DNA of 64,000 nt from Eubacteriaceae bacterium (lineage in GTDB: Bacteria; Bacillota; Clostridia; Peptostreptococcales; Anaerovoracaceae), in NCBI GenBank assembly GCA_028727785.1, contig JAQYNQ010000087.1, positions 4,746 through 68,745 of the forward strand. The letters are read 5' to 3'. Below, one piece after another: positions 1 to 11,300 of the stretch; the stretch's first letter is position 1; every line of letters begins with the position of its first letter. Both the position numbers and the translations under genes were made by a program. A model generated the notes under the pieces. The model saw only the letters and a list, made by a program, of their open reading frames with translations, did no database searches and was not told the DNA's origin.

Positions 1-723
1 GTCGAGGAGTTTACCAGAGAACTGTTTCCTGAATATTCAGTAGAAAGGCTAGACCTTGATACTGCGAAGAACAACAGAGAGATTAATAGAATCGTGAATA
101 ATTTCTCAAAAGGAAAGACATCGATTCTTGTCGGTACACAGCTTGTTGCCAAGGGACTGGATTTTAAAAATGTTGGATTGGTAGGCGTAATCGCCGCTGA
201 CGTCAGTCTTAACATTCCGGATTACAGATCTACAGAAAGGACATTTCAGCTGGTAACACAAGTTGCAGGGAGAGCCGGAAGAGGGGATAGAGAAGGAAAG
301 GTCATTGTACAGACCTTTACTCCTGATAATTTTGCTCTTACATGTGCTGCAAGACATGATTATAAGAGTTTTTATAATACTGAGATTCAGTTGAGAGAAT
401 ATATGAATTATCCGCCTTTTACGGATTTAATTACAGTTGAGTTTACAAGCACTGATGAGAATCTGGCTATTAAAACTGCATTTGCCTGCAAAGAATATCT
501 GCACAGATGCAGACTTGAAGATGGAAAAGAAACTATTTTTGACCCTAAGGAATCTAACACTTTTAAGGGAAAGGAAAGTTATAGATATTATATTTTTATA
601 AAGTCCCCGAAGGGATTGAGAAACAAATATGTACATTGTATTAATTCATTCGGTGACAATCTGATAAAAAACAAGATTGACTGCAGTATGATTATAGATG
701 TAAACCCTTACAGCACGTTGTAA
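1..723 (+). CDS. priA: Primosomal protein N' (PriA), C-terminal part; 5'-truncated by window edge
   Basis: The frame is open from base 1 (VEEFTRELFPEYSVERLDLD...). It carries the motifs ILVGTQLVAKGLDF and ERTFQLVTQVAGRAGR and precedes def-fmt. Confidence 0.95.
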   Translation, partial: VEEFTRELFPEYSVERLDLDTAKNNREINRIVNNFSKGKTSILVGTQLVAKGLDFKNVGLVGVIAADVSLNIPDYRSTERTFQLVTQVAGRAGRGDREGKVIVQTFTPDNFALTCAARHDYKSFYNTEIQLREYMNYPPFTDLITVEFTSTDENLAIKTAFACKEYLHRCRLEDGKETIFDPKESNTFKGKESYRYYIFIKSPKGLRNKYVHCINSFGDNLIKNKIDCSMIIDVNPYSTL

Positions 724-771
724 ACAGCATGATGTAAGGCATACTGTAAAATAATATGAGAGGTAATAATT

Positions 772-1251
772 ATGGCAATTAGAAATATTGTAACTGAAGG
801 TGACGAAATTTTAAGAAAGAAATGCAGAGAAGTATCAGAGGTAACTGACAGAATCAGAACTACTATGGAAGATATGCTGGACACTATGCATTCAGAATGT
901 GGTGTAGGAATTGCGGCACCTCAGGTTGGTGTAATGAGAAGAATGTTTATTGCTGAACCTGAACCGGGACGCGTATACTTTATGATTAATCCTGAAATAC
1001 TGGAAATGGAAGGTTCTCAGTGGGGAGCAGAAGGCTGCCTTAGTGTTCCCGGACTGATTGGTGACGTTGAACGTCCGGAACGTATTAAGATTAAAGCTCT
1101 GGACCTGGACGGAAATGAACAGGTTTATGATTTTGAAGGTTTTGATGCGGTAGTAATGTGCCACGAAAATGACCATCTTGATGGTACTCTATATACTGAC
1201 AAGGCACAGAATATCAGAGTTGCCGAAGCACCTGAGGAGGATGAAGAATAG
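772..1251 (+). CDS. def: Peptide deformylase
   Basis: Motifs GVGIAAPQVG, EGCLSVP and HENDHLDG. Confidence 0.97.
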   Translation: MAIRNIVTEGDEILRKKCREVSEVTDRIRTTMEDMLDTMHSECGVGIAAPQVGVMRRMFIAEPEPGRVYFMINPEILEMEGSQWGAEGCLSVPGLIGDVERPERIKIKALDLDGNEQVYDFEGFDAVVMCHENDHLDGTLYTDKAQNIRVAEAPEEDEE

Positions 1252-2180
1252 TGAAAACTGTATTTATGGGAACACCCGACTTCGCAGTGCCTGTGCTTGA
1301 TGCAATGATAAATGCCGGCCATGAAGTCGGTTATGTTATCACTCAGCCTGATAAGGCGAGAAATAGAGGAAAGCAGGTTCAGTTTACGCCTGTTAAGGAA
1401 CTGGCTGTCTCGAAGGGAATAGAGGTCCTACAGCCAGAGAGAATTAAGAACAGCCCGGAAACCTTAGAACTGTTAAAAGAATATAATCCGGATATTATTG
1501 TAGTTGTTGCCTATGGACAGATTATTCAGAAAGAAATTCTGGAGCTGCCTAAGTTCGGATGTGTAAATGTTCATGCATCACTGCTTCCAAAGCTAAGAGG
1601 CGCGTCTCCAATTCAGCATGCAATTCTGGCAGGTGAAGAAAAGAGCGGCGTTACTATTATGCAAATGGGAGAGGGACTTGACACAGGGGATATGCTGACA
1701 AAGGTATCAACTCCTATTAATAAGAAAAACGGAGAGGAGCTTCATGATGAGCTCAGCCAGCTAGGAGCAAAGCTTCTGGTAGATACACTGGTACTTATTG
1801 AAGAGGGGATTGTAACACCTGAGCATCAGGATGACAGTAAATCCACTTACGCCGGAATGATTTCCAAGGCTGACGGTAAAATTGATTTTTCAAAAAAACC
1901 TGTCCAGATTGAAAGACAGATCAGGGCTTTTGATCCATGGCCCGGTGCATACTGCAGCTTAAACGGTGCTACAATGAAAGTATGGAAGGCAGATGTTACC
2001 GAAAAAACAACAGACAGGGAAAATGGAACTGTTGTAGAAGTGTCTAATAATGGAATTGATGTTTGCTGTGGAGGAGAAATACTTCGAATTACTGAAATTC
2101 AGATGCCGGGTAAAAAAAGAGTAACTGTGGATGCATTTTTACGCGGCAATAAGATTGAAAAAGGAACCATATTAGTTTAG
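1251..2180 (+). CDS. fmt: Methionyl-tRNA formyltransferase
   Basis: GTG start; motifs FMGTPDFA, VNVHASLLPKLRGASPIQ and DTGD; follows def. Confidence 0.97.
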   Translation: MKTVFMGTPDFAVPVLDAMINAGHEVGYVITQPDKARNRGKQVQFTPVKELAVSKGIEVLQPERIKNSPETLELLKEYNPDIIVVVAYGQIIQKEILELPKFGCVNVHASLLPKLRGASPIQHAILAGEEKSGVTIMQMGEGLDTGDMLTKVSTPINKKNGEELHDELSQLGAKLLVDTLVLIEEGIVTPEHQDDSKSTYAGMISKADGKIDFSKKPVQIERQIRAFDPWPGAYCSLNGATMKVWKADVTEKTTDRENGTVVEVSNNGIDVCCGGEILRITEIQMPGKKRVTVDAFLRGNKIEKGTILV

Positions 2181-2212
2181 AATACGGTAAAAGGAGAAAG
2201 AGGTTACAAGTT

Positions 2213-2917
2213 ATGTTTTATTATGATCCAACTTATATCATTCTGATACCTGCAATACTGTTTACTCTGTTTGCACAGGGTAAGGTTAAGAACACTTTCA
2301 GCAGGTATTCCAGAGTCAGAAACAGAAATAATATTACAGGTGTGGAAGCTGCACGCAGAGTGTTAGACTACAACGGATTGCATGACGTAAAGATTGCACA
2401 GATCAGAGGCAGCATGACTGATAATTACAACCCTGTTACAAAGGTATTATCTTTATCTGAAACTGTGTATGGAGTTAATTCTGTAGCGGCAGTAAGCGTG
2501 GCATGTCATGAAGTAGGTCATGCAATTCAGCATGCAAAGGGATATGCACCTTTAAAATTCAGAAATGCTATTCTCCCTGTTGTAAATTTTGCTTCAGCTT
2601 TAACCTGGCCACTGGTACTGATCGGTCTGGTATTACTGGTAAGCAATCCGAACACTTATTATCTGGGCAACACCATTTTCAACATCGGAATAATTGCCTT
2701 TATGGCAGTTGTGGCATTCCATCTGATTACTCTGCCTGTGGAGTTTAACGCCAGCAGAAGAGCTATCCAGCAGATGGAGGAACTGGGTCTTGTGGCAGAT
2801 GAGGACATTGGCGGAAGTAAAAGAGTTCTTAGCGCGGCAGCAATGACATACGTAGCAGCACTTGCTATGGCAGTTGCAAACCTGCTTAGAATTCTGGCAA
2901 TCAGAGGCAGAGACTAA
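2213..2917 (+). CDS. Membrane zinc metallopeptidase (YugP-like)
   Basis: Motifs DNYNP, AACHEVGHAIQH-type HEXXH, LPVEFNASRRA and AAAMTYVAA; usual position between fmt and rsmB. Confidence 0.88.
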   Translation: MFYYDPTYIILIPAILFTLFAQGKVKNTFSRYSRVRNRNNITGVEAARRVLDYNGLHDVKIAQIRGSMTDNYNPVTKVLSLSETVYGVNSVAAVSVACHEVGHAIQHAKGYAPLKFRNAILPVVNFASALTWPLVLIGLVLLVSNPNTYYLGNTIFNIGIIAFMAVVAFHLITLPVEFNASRRAIQQMEELGLVADEDIGGSKRVLSAAAMTYVAALAMAVANLLRILAIRGRD

Positions 2918-2935
2918 TAGAGAACAGGTGGCTTA

Positions 2936-4216
2936 ATGGACATCAATCGTATAACAGCTTATAATGTTCTGTTTGATATTGAAAAGAATGGGGCTTACTC
3001 TAATATTGAATTAAATAAACAGATAAGTTTACTGTCTCCCGACTCTCCTGCTTTTGTACGTGAACTTGTATATGGAGTTACAGAAAACAGACTATATATC
3101 GATTACATTCTGTCTCAGTTAATTGCCAAAGGATTGAGAGGCGTTAAGAAACAGCCGCTGACTCTTCTTCGTATGGGTATATATCAGCTCAGATTTATGG
3201 ACTCTGTTCCTGAGTATGCTGCTGTTAATGAAACTGTGAATCTTGCGAGAAAACTTGCAAGGGGAAGAGAAGGCTTCATAAACGGAGTGTTAAGAGGATA
3301 TATAAAGAGAAAAAATGAAGACTTTTTACCTGATAGAGAGACAGATTCAGTTCACTATTTATCTGTAAAGTACTCATATGCAGAGTGGATTGTGAAACTA
3401 TGGATTGAACAGTACGGAGAAGAGGCCTGTGAAGCTATGCTCGCTGCCGGTAATCAGACACCAAAACTGTCGATTCGGGTGAACACTATGAAATGTGACA
3501 GAGAATCACTTTCAGAAAAACTGAAAGCTGATGGTTTTGATATTGAAAAAGGAAATCTCAGTGAGAGAGTACTGTTTGTACGAGGCATGGGGCTCCTGGA
3601 GACTGAAGAATACGAAAAAGGTATGTTTACCGTGCAGGATGAATCTTCTGTTCTTGCCGTGGAGACTTTGAACCCTCAGGCCGGTGAGCGTATCATTGAC
3701 ATGTGTGCTGCTCCGGGTGGAAAGACCCTGGCTATGGCTGAGTGGATGAAGAATTCCGGCAAAATCAGGGCTTATGATATATATGAACACAAGCTGAAGC
3801 TTATTGCCAAAGAGTCTGAACGACTTGGAATAAGCATCATTGAAACAGGTGAGCAGGATGGAACTGTATTCTGCAGTGCCCTTGAAAACTGGGCTGATCG
3901 TGTTTTAGTTGACGGTCCATGTACCGGACTTGGAGTTGTCAGACGAAAGCCGGAAATAAAGTATAGGGAACTGGATGACAATGGCAGAGGACTGGCAGTT
4001 AAACAGCTTGAAATCCTTAACAATGCCGCCGGATATGTAAAAAAAGGCGGATATCTGTTATATAGCACCTGTACTATAAATAAACTTGAAAATGACTTTG
4101 TTACAAATGAATTCATCAGCAGTCATCCTGAGTATGAGCTGGAATTAAGCAGACAGCTTATGCCCGGCATAGATGAAACTGATGGTTTTTATATCAGCAG
4201 ATTTAAGAAGAAATAG
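2936..4216 (+). CDS. rsmB: 16S rRNA m5C967 methyltransferase RsmB/Sun
   Basis: NusB-like N-terminus; motifs VQDESS, DMCAAPGGKT, DGPCTGLG and YSTCT. Confidence 0.95.
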   Translation: MDINRITAYNVLFDIEKNGAYSNIELNKQISLLSPDSPAFVRELVYGVTENRLYIDYILSQLIAKGLRGVKKQPLTLLRMGIYQLRFMDSVPEYAAVNETVNLARKLARGREGFINGVLRGYIKRKNEDFLPDRETDSVHYLSVKYSYAEWIVKLWIEQYGEEACEAMLAAGNQTPKLSIRVNTMKCDRESLSEKLKADGFDIEKGNLSERVLFVRGMGLLETEEYEKGMFTVQDESSVLAVETLNPQAGERIIDMCAAPGGKTLAMAEWMKNSGKIRAYDIYEHKLKLIAKESERLGISIIETGEQDGTVFCSALENWADRVLVDGPCTGLGVVRRKPEIKYRELDDNGRGLAVKQLEILNNAAGYVKKGGYLLYSTCTINKLENDFVTNEFISSHPEYELELSRQLMPGIDETDGFYISRFKKK

Positions 4217-4231
4217 TAAAAGGAGCAACTA

Positions 4232-4978
4232 ATGAAAGTTGGTTTTAAAACTGACAAGGGTGTAAAAAGAAGCAATAACGAGGATGCATGTTTTGTAATG
4301 AAACGTGATAAACTGTTCGTTGTTGCCGATGGTGTTGGGGGAAACAGTTCAGGAGAAATTGCAAGCAGGACAGCGGTCACTGAAATTACAGGCTTTTTTC
4401 AGAAGAATCCGCTTAAAAAGGGCGCATCTGAAGATGAGGTGCGACAATATTTCCAAGACTGTGTGAGTGCTGCCAACATTGCGGTTCTCGAAAAAGCCAA
4501 TAGAATACCAAGAAATAAAGGCATGGCAACCACAATTGTTGCCGCATATGTTGATGGGCGAAATGTATTTATAATCAACATAGGGGACAGCAGAGCATAT
4601 CTGTTGCGTAACGGTAAGCTTTATCAGATTACGGAAGACCATACATATGTGAATACTTTAATTAAGGCTGGTCTGATTTCAGAGGAAGATGCCCTGACTC
4701 ACGAGAATCGTAACATGATTACTCGTGCAGTGGGGGCTGATGATCAAATTGAAGCTGACTTTTTTACCTTTACAGTCAGGGTTGATGATATTGTTCTTTT
4801 GTGCACTGATGGTTTGTATGATGAAGTGCCTGAAGATGAACTTGTGCACATAATTCAAAGTGAAACAGAAACTTCGGATATGTGCAACGAACTCGTAGAT
4901 GCAGCAAATAGAAATGGTGGCAGTGATAATATTACCATGGTAATATTGAAATTTACGGAGGAAGATATCAATGAGTAA
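4232..4978 (+). CDS. stp: PP2C-family Ser/Thr phosphatase (Stp1/PrpC)
   Basis: Motifs NEDA, VADGVGG, NIGDSRAY, LCTDGL and GGSDNIT; overlaps the kinase gene. Confidence 0.95.
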   Translation: MKVGFKTDKGVKRSNNEDACFVMKRDKLFVVADGVGGNSSGEIASRTAVTEITGFFQKNPLKKGASEDEVRQYFQDCVSAANIAVLEKANRIPRNKGMATTIVAAYVDGRNVFIINIGDSRAYLLRNGKLYQITEDHTYVNTLIKAGLISEEDALTHENRNMITRAVGADDQIEADFFTFTVRVDDIVLLCTDGLYDEVPEDELVHIIQSETETSDMCNELVDAANRNGGSDNITMVILKFTEEDINE

Positions 4979-6779
4979 ATTACTTGCGGGCAGATATGAA
5001 TTAATCGATCGAATCGGCGAAGGCGGTATGGCGGTCGTTTATAAAGCTAAAGACAGATTGCTTAACAGATACATAGCAGTAAAAATTCTCAGACCTGAGT
5101 TTACCCGAGATGTTCAGTTCGTGGAAAACTTCAGAAAGGAATCACAGGCTGCGGCGGGACTGCAGCACCCAAACATTGTAAGTGTATACGATGTTGGTAC
5201 AGAGGGAAACATTCATTATATTGTAATGGAACTGATAGATGGCAGACCGTTAAGTGAAATCATTAAAGAAACAGCACCAATGAATTACAAGGATGTGGTG
5301 AGTATTGCCAAACAGGTTGCGTCTGCACTGTCCATAGCTCATAAGCATCACATTATTCATAGGGATGTAAAGCCTCACAATATTATGATAACAACTGATG
5401 GAACAGCAAAACTTGCAGACTTTGGTATTGCCAAGGCTGTCAGTGACAGCACTATGGTTTCGGAGACATCTAAAATAATCGGATCAGTTCATTATTTCTC
5501 ACCGGAACAGGCAAGAGGTGCATATGTTGACGAACGTTCAGATATCTATTCTTTAGGTATAGTTATGTACGAAATGCTTACAGGACAGGTTCCGTTTGAT
5601 GGCGATAATCCGGTTCAGATTGCTTTGATGCACATAAACAATGAAATTACACCGCCGTCAAAACTTACTCATGGTATACCGCCTGCTCTTGAAAAGCTGG
5701 TAATGAAGGCTACAGATAAATATCAGACTAACAGGCATACATCGGCAGAAGAATTGCTTGCAGAACTGGACAATATTGAATTTGTTTCAAAGATGATCGG
5801 CCAGAAAATCTTTGTAGGCAGTGAAGAAGAAAGTTTTGTATCCGGTGAAGATTATAGAGAACTGCCTGATGAATTACAGAACAGGAGAGAACGAAAGCCA
5901 CAGACAAAGAAAGAAAGGTCTGAAAAATCAAAACCTGAAAAGTCAAAAAAATCTGACAACGGAGGAAAACGCAAGAAAATCATCTTTGGAGTTATCGGAT
6001 GTATTGTGGCAGTGGCAGTTGTAGCTGCAGCACTGTTTGCAACAGGCGTTATTGGCGGTAAGGTTGCTGTACCTGATCTTAAGAATAAGACCGTAAAAGA
6101 AGCAGAAGCCGAACTAAAGGCACTTAAACTTAAAATTGAGGTTGGAGAGGAAGTTCCAAGCGATGATATAGAAAAGGGTAAGATTGCTTCTCAAACGCCG
6201 AAGAAAGGCACAAAGGTTAAGGCAGGAGAAACAGTTACTGTAATGGTCAGCTCAGGAAAACCTACCGGAAATGTACCAACTATCGTTGGAAAAATGTTTG
6301 ACGAGGAAGCAATCCGGTCATTCCTTAATGCAAATAACTATGAACTGGGGAACGTAACCAGTGAGGAAAGTGAAGAACCTGAAGGTACAATTATAAGACA
6401 GACTCCTGAAGCAGGAACTGAGGCAGAAAACGGAACAGCAGTAGATGTTGTGATCAGTAAGGGCTCAAGCAAGATTCCGGTACCACTGCTGGAAGGCAAT
6501 AACATTGAAACTGCAAAACAGATGATAAAAGATGCAGGATTAAAGGTCGGCAAGATCAGATATGAGGAAAGCTCGGTGTATAAAGCTGATATAGTTATTA
6601 ACCAGAGCTATGCATCGGGAGAAAAGGTTGATAAGGGGACGACGATTGACCTTATTGTCAGCAAGGGTGAACCGGATCCTACGCCGGAACCTGAACCGGA
6701 ACCTGAACCAGAACCTGAACCGGAGCCCGGAAGTGAAGATAATCAGCAGGAACCGGCTGACACAGATGAAACAAATTAA
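4971..6779 (+). CDS. pknB: PASTA-domain Ser/Thr kinase (PknB/PrkC): kinase, TM helix, 3 PASTA repeats, acidic Pro-Glu tail
   Basis: Motifs GEGGMAVVY, HRDVKPHN, DFG and YFSPEQ, then a hydrophobic helix and three PASTA-like repeats. Confidence 0.95.
   Translation: MSKLLAGRYELIDRIGEGGMAVVYKAKDRLLNRYIAVKILRPEFTRDVQFVENFRKESQAAAGLQHPNIVSVYDVGTEGNIHYIVMELIDGRPLSEIIKETAPMNYKDVVSIAKQVASALSIAHKHHIIHRDVKPHNIMITTDGTAKLADFGIAKAVSDSTMVSETSKIIGSVHYFSPEQARGAYVDERSDIYSLGIVMYEMLTGQVPFDGDNPVQIALMHINNEITPPSKLTHGIPPALEKLVMKATDKYQTNRHTSAEELLAELDNIEFVSKMIGQKIFVGSEEESFVSGEDYRELPDELQNRRERKPQTKKERSEKSKPEKSKKSDNGGKRKKIIFGVIGCIVAVAVVAAALFATGVIGGKVAVPDLKNKTVKEAEAELKALKLKIEVGEEVPSDDIEKGKIASQTPKKGTKVKAGETVTVMVSSGKPTGNVPTIVGKMFDEEAIRSFLNANNYELGNVTSEESEEPEGTIIRQTPEAGTEAENGTAVDVVISKGSSKIPVPLLEGNNIETAKQMIKDAGLKVGKIRYEESSVYKADIVINQSYASGEKVDKGTTIDLIVSKGEPDPTPEPEPEPEPEPEPEPGSEDNQQEPADTDETN
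6684..6728 (+). repeat. 12-bp tandem repeat (CCGGAACCTGAA)x2 + CCAGAACCTGAA + partial, encoding (PE)n
   Basis: Read directly from the sequence at the pknB 3' end. Confidence 0.9.
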
Positions 6780-6785
6780 AGGAAA

Positions 6786-7658
6786 ATGTTAATGGACGGA
6801 CTAATAATTAAAGGCATCGGTGGTTTTTACTATGTAAAAACCACTGATGGTGTTTTTCAGGCCAAGGGAAGAGGACTGTTCAAGAAAGAAAGAATAGTTC
6901 TGTCTGTAGGAGACTATGTTTCCATAGAGGTACTGCCCGACGGCGACGCTGTGATTAACAGCATAAAGCCTAGAAAGAATCATTTCATCAGGCCACCTAT
7001 TGCCAACGTTGACAGTATAGTAGTTGTCTTTGCGGCAACCAGGCCAAAACCCAATTTTACTGTTATCGACAAGTTTTTAATAATGGCGGAACAGAAAGGC
7101 ATAGAGCCGATTATCTGTATTAATAAATGTGATCTTTTGTCAGAGGAAAAGGTTAACAAGCTTGCGGAAATCTATGAAGGATCATATCGCGTTGTAAAGA
7201 CAAGCACTTCCACAGGAAAGGGTATAGACCTTCTTGAGGAACTTATTGCAGGAAAAAAAGTTGCCTTTGCCGGACCATCCGGTGTGGGGAAATCTACAAT
7301 TACTAATGTAATAATACCTGAAGCTAATATGGAGACAGGTAAAGTCAGTGAGAAGACAAGCCGAGGAAAACATACTACACGACATGTTGAAATATTCGAA
7401 ACAAAGGGCGGGGGATATATCTTCGATACGCCGGGCTTCACTTCCTTCGACATCCTGGAGGCTGAAGAAGACAATCTAAAAGATTATTATCCTGAAATAT
7501 CACAGTACACCGGTAAATGCAGATTTGATAACTGCAGACATATTAAAGAGCCGGGGTGTGCTGTTATTGATGCCGTGAATGCAGGTGTAATTAATAGACA
7601 GAGATATGATTCTTACCTGCAGCATATGGAAGAGATTAAAAAAAGAAAAAAGTATTAA
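6786..7658 (+). CDS. rsgA: Ribosome small subunit-dependent GTPase RsgA
   Basis: Motifs NKCD, GPSGVGKST, GKHTTRH, DTPGF and the Zn site CRFDNCRHIKEPGC. The start may be the second ATG at 6792. Confidence 0.96.
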   Translation: MLMDGLIIKGIGGFYYVKTTDGVFQAKGRGLFKKERIVLSVGDYVSIEVLPDGDAVINSIKPRKNHFIRPPIANVDSIVVVFAATRPKPNFTVIDKFLIMAEQKGIEPIICINKCDLLSEEKVNKLAEIYEGSYRVVKTSTSTGKGIDLLEELIAGKKVAFAGPSGVGKSTITNVIIPEANMETGKVSEKTSRGKHTTRHVEIFETKGGGYIFDTPGFTSFDILEAEEDNLKDYYPEISQYTGKCRFDNCRHIKEPGCAVIDAVNAGVINRQRYDSYLQHMEEIKKRKKY

Positions 7659-7682
7659 GTGTTATATTAGAGGAGAGAAAAA

Positions 7683-8339
7683 ATGGGTAAAATAGCACCT
7701 TCAATTTTATCAGCAGATTTTTCAAAACTTGGAGAACAGGTAGAAGCTATCAGCAGAGCCGGCGCAGATTATGTTCATGTTGATGTAATGGATGGGCATT
7801 TTGTTCCAAACATCAGCTTTGGAAGTGCAGTAATGAAATCACTTAACAGACTCGAAACTGCACCTTATGATGTTCATCTGATGATAGAAAACCCGGACGC
7901 ATACATAGCTGATTTTGTAACAGAGAAAACAGAGTTTATTGTGGTACATCAGGAAGCTTGCAGACATCTGCACAGAACCGTTCAGAACATAAAGTCTCAC
8001 GGGATAAAAGCGGGAGTTGCACTGAATCCGGCTACACCGGTATCAACTCTTGAGTGTATACTGGACGATATTGACCTGGTTCTGGTAATGTCAGTTAACC
8101 CGGGATTCGGAGGACAAAAATTTATCCCGGGCGCACTGGAAAAAATAAAAGAACTTGACAGACTGAGAAAAGAAAAAGATTACAATTACGTAATAGAAAT
8201 CGATGGGGGAATATCCCTTGATAATATCAAAACTGTCAGCGATGCGGGCTGCGATATATTTGTCGCAGGCTCGGCAGTTTTTAAAGCTGAGAATCTTGAA
8301 AAAAGAATATGTGAATTTAAAGAAGCTGTTCCGGAATAG
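7683..8339 (+). CDS. rpe: Ribulose-phosphate 3-epimerase
   Basis: Motifs IAPSILSADF, HVDVMDGHFVPN, DVHLM, MSVNPGFGGQ and IDGG. Confidence 0.97.
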   Translation: MGKIAPSILSADFSKLGEQVEAISRAGADYVHVDVMDGHFVPNISFGSAVMKSLNRLETAPYDVHLMIENPDAYIADFVTEKTEFIVVHQEACRHLHRTVQNIKSHGIKAGVALNPATPVSTLECILDDIDLVLVMSVNPGFGGQKFIPGALEKIKELDRLRKEKDYNYVIEIDGGISLDNIKTVSDAGCDIFVAGSAVFKAENLEKRICEFKEAVPE

Positions 8340-8353
8340 GGAACAGCTTCTTT
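8319..8353. terminator. Bidirectional intrinsic terminator between rpe and pbp1A
   Basis: Perfect 14-bp inverted repeat AAAGAAGCTGTTCC / GGAACAGCTTCTTT between convergent genes; it overlaps the rpe stop codon. Confidence 0.85.
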
Positions 8354-8377
8354 CGTATATTGGTATATTATCTTTGT

Positions 8378-11300
8378 TTAATCTGTAACTTCGCCGGGAT
8401 CAGGTTCAGGTGTCGGTTCCGGATCTGTTGTTGTATTATCATCGTCTCCGTCATTTCCATCATCTTCACCGTCATCCGGATCGTCCGGTTCAACCGGATC
8501 CTCAGGTTTTACAGGATCAGGTTTTTCCGGAACTACAACCTGTTTGTCAGGGTGAGGTGGATACTTTTCCGGATTTGAATTGTGCAGGTGGCAATAGTAT
8601 TTAGGAACTTTATCAATTTCAAACATTGTCTTATTTTCAACATGAGGACAATCAGGTGTTGCAAGGAATCCTGAATCCTTACAGATTGAAATCTTTTTCT
8701 TTAATTTAGAAATATCTCCGATTCCGCCCTGAGTTCCGCTGATATAGTATTCGCCGCCTGAACGAATTACATTGGACGGAGCAGATTTATATGAACCTTT
8801 CTTGGCATTTGGAATCTGGTCCATAATTCTACCCCAGAGTCTTGCAGCATAATCGCTTAGACCTGTAAGTTCAAAGTTCTGGTCATTACCTATCCAAAGA
8901 GCTGCTGAATAGTTTGGAGTAAATCCATCAAACCAGATATCCACTTCATTATCTGTTGTACCGGTCTTTCCTCCGACCTGAACACCTGAGATAGCCGCAG
9001 GTGCTCCTAATCCGTTAGTAACTACTGACTTAAGCATATCTGTCATAATCCATGCAACTCCCGGATCAAGAACAGATTTCTTCTTGTTTTTCTTGTTCTT
9101 TAACAGTGCTTTTCCTGAGTTATCTACAACCTTAACATATGATGTTGTCTTATAACGTACACCGTTGTTAGGGAAGGTTGTATATGCACTTGCCATTTCC
9201 AGTGGAGTTACACCGTTTGACATACCTCCTAAGGCAAGGGCAGCAGCGTTATTATCGTTTGTCTCTCCTTCAAGGTCAAGGGATGTGATACCGAATTTTT
9301 TTACAAGATTTGCAGAGTAATCCGTACCTACCTGATAAATAATCTTTACTGCACATGTGTTAAGTGACTGCTGAAGTGCTGTTCTTAATGTCTGAGGTCC
9401 GGAATATCCGCCTCCTGCATTATGCGGCCACTGTTCACCGTTGATAGTAGTTTTTTCATCTATTACGATTGAACCGGCAGTCAGATAATTGCCCCAGTAT
9501 TTCTTTCCCTGTTTATCAATATGGAAGTTTGTAAATGCATGTTTCTGTCCCGCAGCCTGTTCCTCGCAGCTCTGCTGAAGGGCTGCAGAATATACACCCA
9601 GAGGTTTAATTGATGAACCCGGCTGTCTGGTACTTGTAGCTCTGTTATAAAGCTTTCTTCCAGAAGTTTTTCTTCCTCCCACAAGTGCCTTGATATACCC
9701 TGATGAGTTCTCTACTATTGCCATTGCAGCCTGAGGCTGAACAACTTTCTGCTCCAGCGTATATCCTTTTCCTGTAAGAGTAACGGTTCCGTCATCATTG
9801 AACTTGAAGTAACCTTCATAGTTCTCATCTTCAAAAAACTCTTTTGAAATTACAATATTATCATACTTGTTTCTGGATTTATAGTTCTGAGGTACATTGA
9901 TAAATCCACCGTTGATTGAGCAGAGTTCTCCATCGTCATAAATATACATAGGCTTGAACTCAAGACTGTAGTCGATTTCACCGTTAACTTCAGTATCATA
10001 GAAGTTAAGTCTCTTGCCGGACTTAAGAATCAGATTACCATTTTTGTCAACTCTTGCTTCAGATTTCTTAAAATTGAAGTTTCCGTCAGAGTCAAAGTAG
10101 TCATCGTAATCATATAGTGCTATACTTCCGTAAGTGTTAAGAATATTTCCCTGACTGTCAGTTGAAGCGTACAGGCTAGGGAAGTTACTGCTGTTTTCAA
10201 ATTCATTTTCAATTACAGATTGTGCAGTTGAATCAAGAGTTGAATAAATCTTCAGACCTCCGTTATAAACCTTCTGATATGCTGTATCGTAATCCCAGCC
10301 TTTCTTATCCATCAGGTCATCGATGACTTCGTTGATTACATAATCGGCAAAGTATGCAGCTGATCCTGAAGAAGTCTCATAAGTAGGCTTCAGTATTTTA
10401 CGCAGAGGCTTCTTAGATGCTGTGGCAAACTGCTTTTCAGTGATATAGCCCTGTTCAAGCATCAGCTCCAGACAAGTGATTCGACGATCCTTACTTGCTT
10501 CATTTGCTACCCAGTATCCGTCGAAAGTTTTCTTTAAGATATTCTTATCATTCTTATCGATTTCTCCTTTATTATAGAATTCGACAAGCTGGTAAGCACT
10601 AGGTGCCTGTGGCAGCGCTGCAAGAGCGGCACACTGGGCAAGTGTAAGCTTGCTGACATCTTTAGAGAAATATGCCTTGGATGCTGCCTGTACACCACTT
10701 GTGTGATATCCGAAATCGATAGTGTTCAGATATGCAGAAATAATCTCTTCCTTAGTCAGATTTTTTTCAATTATTATCGCATAATATGCTTCAATAATCT
10801 TTCTTCTGTAGTCGTATTCGAAACGTGAATCCTTTAGGTACAGGTTTCTTGCAAGCTGCTGAGTAATGGTACTTGTTCCGCTAACTCTACCGCCATGGAT
10901 TATCTTATCTTTTACAGCACCTAAAATTCTTACAAAGTTAAATCCGTGATGCTTCCAGAATGTCTTATCTTCCAGAGCAACGACTGCATTTACAAGGTTC
11001 TTTGGAAGCTGTTCGTATTCTACATTGTCACGGTTAGAATCTGTGTAAACTGTATCTATCTGTTTTCCGTCAGCATCGTAAATCACAGTACTTTCTGACA
11101 GTAGTGTATATAGATTTTCCGGATCGATATCAGGAGCTTCGGAAATTGTCTTCCATACGAATACTCCTAAAGCGCCGCACATAATGATTCCAAGGCAAAG
11201 AACCACCAGAATTATTCTCTTGATAACTTTACGCTTTTTACTCTTAGTTTTTTTCTTTTTATCCTTCTTTTTCTTTTCAGGCGTGTCTTCTGTTTCTAAT

